NCBI GenBank assembly: GCA_030390025.1
Contig: CM059431.1
Location: 102,860,001-102,924,000 of the forward strand
Reading direction: 5' to 3'
DNA length: 64,000 bases
Origin: Squalus acanthias
Taxonomy: Eukaryota
Position 1 is the stretch's first letter. Every line of letters begins with the position of its first letter. A model generated the notes under the pieces. The model ran no database searches and had not been told where the DNA came from. It worked only from the letters and a program-made list of their open reading frames with translations. This document shows positions 59,468 to 64,000 of this stretch, piece after piece. The position numbers and the translations under genes are program-made.

Positions 59468-60285
59468 AAAGAAAGACTTGCATCGATATAGCACCTTTCA
59501 CGCCCTCGGTGTTGAATTAGGTGTGAGCCTTGGACGCTAGAGTTTCCTTGCTTCGCCTTTATTCAGCTCGGCGTGCAGAGAAGTTACACAAGCAGAGCAC
59601 AATCAAGCGTAGTCTCGCGCTCTTTAGATTCGGATACCCTTCCGGTATTATAACCAGGCACCTCTTCGGGTATAGCACTGCAAAAAGCTAAACATCGCAG
59701 CCTATTTACGCCTTAATGAGTTCCGCCCAAGTCCCGTGTTCTCCCCATTGGCTCCCTTTTGCCGAATGACCTCATATGGTGCTTCCCCTTTTGGAGCTTC
59801 TCACCATGCTTTGACTTGCTTTGCATCTTGAGCGACTTCCCATCTTTGTCCCGCAGTTAATCCAATCAACTCTTGGCTCGGCTGGGCACATCTGTTTCGC
59901 TCACGTTACATATGTTTTAATTTCCTTGTTGCTGGGCTAACTCTCTCGAACCTTCTTCCCACCTTCCACATCCAATGAAGTATAATCACTGCTGTAACGT
60001 CGGAAGTGTGCAGCCAGCGTGCACACAGCAAGATCCCACAAACAACAATGAAATAAATGACCAGCTAATCTGATTTTAGTGATGTTGGTTGAGAGATAAA
60101 TATTGACCAAGACACCGGGGATAACTCCCCTGCTCTTCTTCGAAAATAGTGGCCGTGGGATCTTTTACGTCCACCTGAGAGAGCAGACGGGGCCTCGGTT
60201 TAACGTCTCATCCGAAAGTGCGGCACTCCCTCAGCACTGCACCGGGAGTGTCAGCCTAGATTTTGTGCTCAAGTCCCTGGAGTGG
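59468..60285 (-). mobile_element. Deu-domain SINE with an LTR in its tail; head displaced to 61895-61952 by a CR1 insertion
   Basis: Tail at 59468-59509, body at 59971-60285, head gtgctacccactgagccacagctga at about 61928-61952. Confidence 0.85.
59510..59970 (-). mobile_element. Solo LTR, 461 bp
   Basis: TGTGGAA...TTCAACA termini on the minus strand; TATAATA at about 59646-59652; AATAAA at 59558-59563; no TSD, and about 20 bp of the host SINE is missing. Confidence 0.72.
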
Positions 60286-60287
60286 GT

Positions 60288-61847
60288 CATCATAGAATCA
60301 TAGAAATTTACAGCACAGAAGGAGGCCATTCGGCCCATCTTGTCCGTGCCGGCCGACAAGGAGCTATTCACCCTAATCCCACTTTCCAGCTCTTGGTCCG
60401 TAGCCCTGTAGGTTATGGCACTTCAAGTGCACATCCAAGTACTTTTTAAATGTGATGAGGGTTTCTGCCTCTACCACCCTTTCAGGCAGTAAGTTCCAGA
60501 CCCCCACCGCCCTCTGGGTGAAAGAAATTCTCCTCAAATCCCCTCTAAACCTCTGACCAATTACTTTAAATCTAGGCCCCCTGGTTATTGACCCTTCTGC
60601 TAAGGGAAATAGGTCCTTCCTATCCACTCTATCTCGGCCCCTCATAACTTTATACACCTCAATTAGGTCCCCCCTCAGCCTCCTCTGTTCCAAAGAAAAC
60701 AACCCCAGCCTATCCAATCTTTCCTCATAGCTAAAATTCCCCAGCCCAGGCAACATCCTTGTAAATCTCCACTGGACCCCCTCTAGTGCAATCACATCCT
60801 TCCTGTAATGTGGTGACCAGAACTGCACGCAGTATTCTAGCTGCGGTCTAACTAGTGTTTTATACAGTTCAAGCATAACCTCCCTGCTCTTCTATTCTAT
60901 ACCTCGGCTAATAAAGGCAAGTATCCCATATGCCTTCTTAACCACCTTATCTACCTGTCCTGCTACCTTCAGGGATCTGTGGACATGCACTCCAAGGTTC
61001 CTCTGATCTTCTGCACTTCTCAGTGTCCTACCATTTATAGTGTATTCCCTTGCCTTGTTAGCCCTCCCCAAATGCATTACCTCACACTTCTCCAGATTGA
61101 ATTCCATTTGCCACTGTTCAGCCCGCCTGACCAGTTCATTGATATCTTCCTGCAGTCTACAGCTTTCTTCCTCATTATCAACCACATGGCCAATTTTTGT
61201 ATCATCTGCAAACTTCTTAATCATGCTTCCTACATTCAAGTCCAAATCATTGATATATACCACAAAAAGCAAAAAGCAAAGGACCCAGTACTGAGCCCTG
61301 CAGAACCCCACTGGAAACAGCCTTCCAGTCACAAAAACACCCTTCAACCATTACCCTTTGTTTCCTGCCTCTGAGCCAATTTTGGATCCAACTTGCCACT
61401 TTGCCTTGGATCCCATGGGCTTTTACTTTTGTGGCCAGTCTGCCATGCGGGACCTTATCAAAAGCCTAGCTAAAATCCATTTAGACTACATCAAATGCAC
61501 TACCCTCATCAACCCTCCTTGTTACCGCCTCAAAAAATTCAATCAAATTAGTCAGACACGACCTTCCCTTAACAAATCCATGCTGACTGTTCCTGATTAA
61601 TCCGTGTCCTTCTAAATGAAGATTTATCCTGTCCCTCAGAATTTTTTCCAATAATTTTCCCACCACCGAGGTTAGGCCTGTAATTACTCGGTCTATCCCT
61701 TTCTCCCTTTTTAAACAAAGGTACCACGTTAGCAGTCCTCCAGTCCCCTGGCACCACACCTGTCGCCAGAGAGGATTGGAAAATGATGGTCAGAGCCTCT
61801 GCTATTTCCTCTCTTACTTCTCTTAACAGTCTGGGATACATTTCATC
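60288..61847 (-). pseudogene. CR1 (HER1-like) LINE ORF2 reverse transcriptase remnant, 5'-truncated, with stops and frameshifts
   Basis: VPGDWRTANVVPLFKKG; QHGFVKGRSCLTNLIEFFE; KFADDTKIG; LYKTLVRPQLEYCVQFWSP; attctatg tail. Confidence 0.95.
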
Positions 61848-62049
61848 ATTTTAGCAAGGCTTTGGATAAGGTCCCGCGTGGCAGACGGGTCACGAACTCA
61901 CACAAACATCCCAACCCAGAGGTGAGAGTGCTACCCACTGAGCCACAGCTGAGTGAACGCGTCCTCCCTCATCTTTGCTGACCAGAAATTTGCCGCCCTC
62001 AATCACTGCCCACAGCAGGAACTTTAGAGCAACGAATTACTCCTTATAC

Positions 62050-62415
62050 AAAAGCGAAATACGGCGGATGCTGGAAATCTGAAATAAAAACAGAAAATGC
62101 TGGAAACGCTCAGCGGGTCAGGGCAGCGTCTGCGGAGAGAGAAACAGAGAGTTAAACGTTTCAGGTCGGTGACCCTTTAGGTCAGAACTGGAAAAAGTTA
62201 GAGATGTAACAGGTTTTAAGGCAGGGAAAGAGGGGAGGGGAAGGAAAGAAAAGAACAAAAGGGAAGGTCTGTGATAGGGTGGAAGGCAGGAGAGATTAAA
62301 TGACAAAAGGGATGATGGTGCGAGGCCAAAAGGAGATGGTAATGGGACAAGTAAAGAAACAAAAGGTGGGTCTAGAGGAGGTGTAAATGGAAATGGCAGA
62401 ATCATCAACAGCTGC
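62050..62415 (-). mobile_element. Penelope family A 3' UTR / terminal repeat with a degenerate hammerhead core
   Basis: Homologous to 24915-25230; core reads CTGACCTAAAGGGTCACCGACCTGAAACGTTT. Confidence 0.8.
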
Positions 62416-63032
62416 CAAGGAATTGCAATTACTTTTTATTGCAATTGTTGTGTATTTAATATTACGTCAATGGCTTCAATAAAATGTGTCTTTCTCCACA
62501 AATGATTTCAAATATTCCAGCAATATCAAATATGACTTCCCTTTCAGTTAAAACCATAACCTCGTGGCTAATGGATAGCTATTTTATTACAAATTATACC
62601 ACTTATGTAGAGAAATGACCTCCCAGTTAAAAGACAAAGCAAACTGATAATGAGAATATATGTTTAAAGGGAACATTTACTCAAACACTGATTAATTTCC
62701 CCATCTAGTCCATAACGTTTGTTTAATAGGAATGATTGGCTGAAGGGAATTCTATTCTCACTACAGGGGTCTTCCCATTAACAAGCTGCTACTGCGCTGG
62801 ATAAATCATATCCTGGACCGCTAGTTACACCATTTACTCTGGCAGTTTAAGGAATTGCTGTTAGTTTGGGATGGCAAGAATCAGGCCGACTTGGTGAACG
62901 CGAAGAACAGTCTTGTTCCTTTCTGTGTCCAAAACTGTCTAAATTGTGCCCCGAACCTCTACCACCAAAGTACCGGATCTCCTGCCCGTTATATCAGCGC
63001 AATCCGGGCGGAACCGGCGCAACCGGCGCAAA

Positions 63033-63594
63033 ACATAGAAACATAGAAGATAGGAGCAGGAGTAGGCCATTCGGCCCCTCGAACCTGCTCCGCCATTCAA
63101 TGCGATCATGGCTGATCATCCAAATTCAGTACCCTGTCCCTGCTTTCTCCCCATATCCCTTGATCCCCTTAGCCTTAAGAAATATATCTAACTCCTTCTT
63201 GAATATATTTAATGAATTGGACTCAACTGTCTTCAGTGGTAGAGAATTCCACAGGTTCACCACTCTCTGGGTGAAGAAATTCCTCCTCATCTCAGTCCTA
63301 AATGGCTTACCCCTTATCTTTAGACTGTGACCCCTGGTTCTGGACTGCCCCGACCATCGGGAACATCCTTCCTGCATCTAGTCTGTCTAGTCCTGTTAGA
63401 ATTTTATAAGTTTCAATGAGATCCCCTCTCATTCTTCTAAACTCTAGCGAATACAAGCCCAATCGACCCAATCTCTCTTCATACGTTATTCCTGCCATCC
63501 CAGGTATCAGTCTGGTAAATCTTCGCTGCACTCCCTCCATGGCAAGAACATCCATCCTCAGATAAGGCGACCAAAACTGCACACAATACTCAAG
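63033..63594 (-). mobile_element. CR1 3' fragment
   Basis: Encodes LEYCVQFWSPYLRMDVLAMEGVQRRFTRLIPGM...FFTQRVVNLWNSLP. Confidence 0.92.
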
Positions 63595-63634
63595 CTGTGC
63601 ACACAATACTCAAGGTGTGCACACAATACTCAAG
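63578..63634. repeat. 20-bp-period triplication at the CR1 5' junction
   Basis: TGCACACAATACTCAAG at 63578, 63598 and 63618. Confidence 0.9.
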
Positions 63635-63911
63635 ACCGTGGAATTTTAAAAGTAGGTGAGTTACGCCCCCAAAACCACTCACGCTCGTGTTTTCCCCGAT
63701 CTTTTACGTTGGTTCGAGATTTGATTCGTGCCGAATCAGGCCCCGCCCGCCAGGTCGACATTGCGAGATTCCGCTGGTTCAGGAAGGCTCTTCAAATCGC
63801 GCTCATCGTCTGAGGTGCACAGGCACCAGTCGGCACCTTTTAAACGTTTTTTTTTCCATGTCAAAAAATATCTAATTTACGAAGAAACTGACTAGTGTAC
63901 ACCAATAAAGC

Positions 63912-64000
63912 TGTTCTGATGAAGGGTCATCGACCCGAACCGTTAACTCGGTTTCTCTCTCCACAGATGCTGCCTGACCAACTGAGTGTTTTCCAGCATT
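63912..64000 (+). mobile_element. Penelope family A terminal repeat, running off the window end
   Basis: CTGATGAAGGGTCATCGACCCGAACCGTTAACT: hammerhead-like, with GAAA changed to GAAC. Confidence 0.78.

Noticed and set aside
60288..61847. Active CR1 element
   Set aside because: It is 5'-truncated, lacks ORF1 and the endonuclease, and has several stops and frameshifts.
62150..62190. Functional hammerheads at 62150-62190 and 63917-63948
   Set aside because: Core bases are altered (CTGACCTAA; GAAC for GAAA), so these copies are probably inactive.

Overview
Vertebrate genomic DNA, most likely from a cartilaginous fish (shark), judged by its repeat families: HER1-like CR1 LINEs, an HE1 SINE fragment and tRNA-headed Deu-domain SINEs. 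No host protein-coding exon, RNA gene or CRISPR array can be supported; the ORFs I could recognise are retroelement or transposon fragments or readings of tandem repeats. The window is mostly nested mobile-element relics: CR1, L2, a Zenon-like CR1-clade LINE with a partner SINE, RTE/BovB-like LINEs, Penelope-like elements, solo LTRs and PIF/Harbinger derivatives and MITEs. Short AT-rich unique islands separate them. Main observations: (1) three Deu-SINE copies carry a 19-20 unit, 33-bp minisatellite at the same internal hairpin, suggesting a SINE-VNTR composite; (2) two Penelope families carry minimal hammerhead ribozyme motifs with covarying stems, one as an 85-bp-arm palindrome; (3) one LTR family sits twice in the tail of one SINE subfamily; (4) a 1.67-kb solo LTR has a very long predicted R region; (5) an RTE copy has a 60-bp target-site duplication; (6) a MITE has conserved splice acceptor/donor micro-exon cassettes. 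Family names come from recognition, not database searches, and boundaries without TSDs are approximate.
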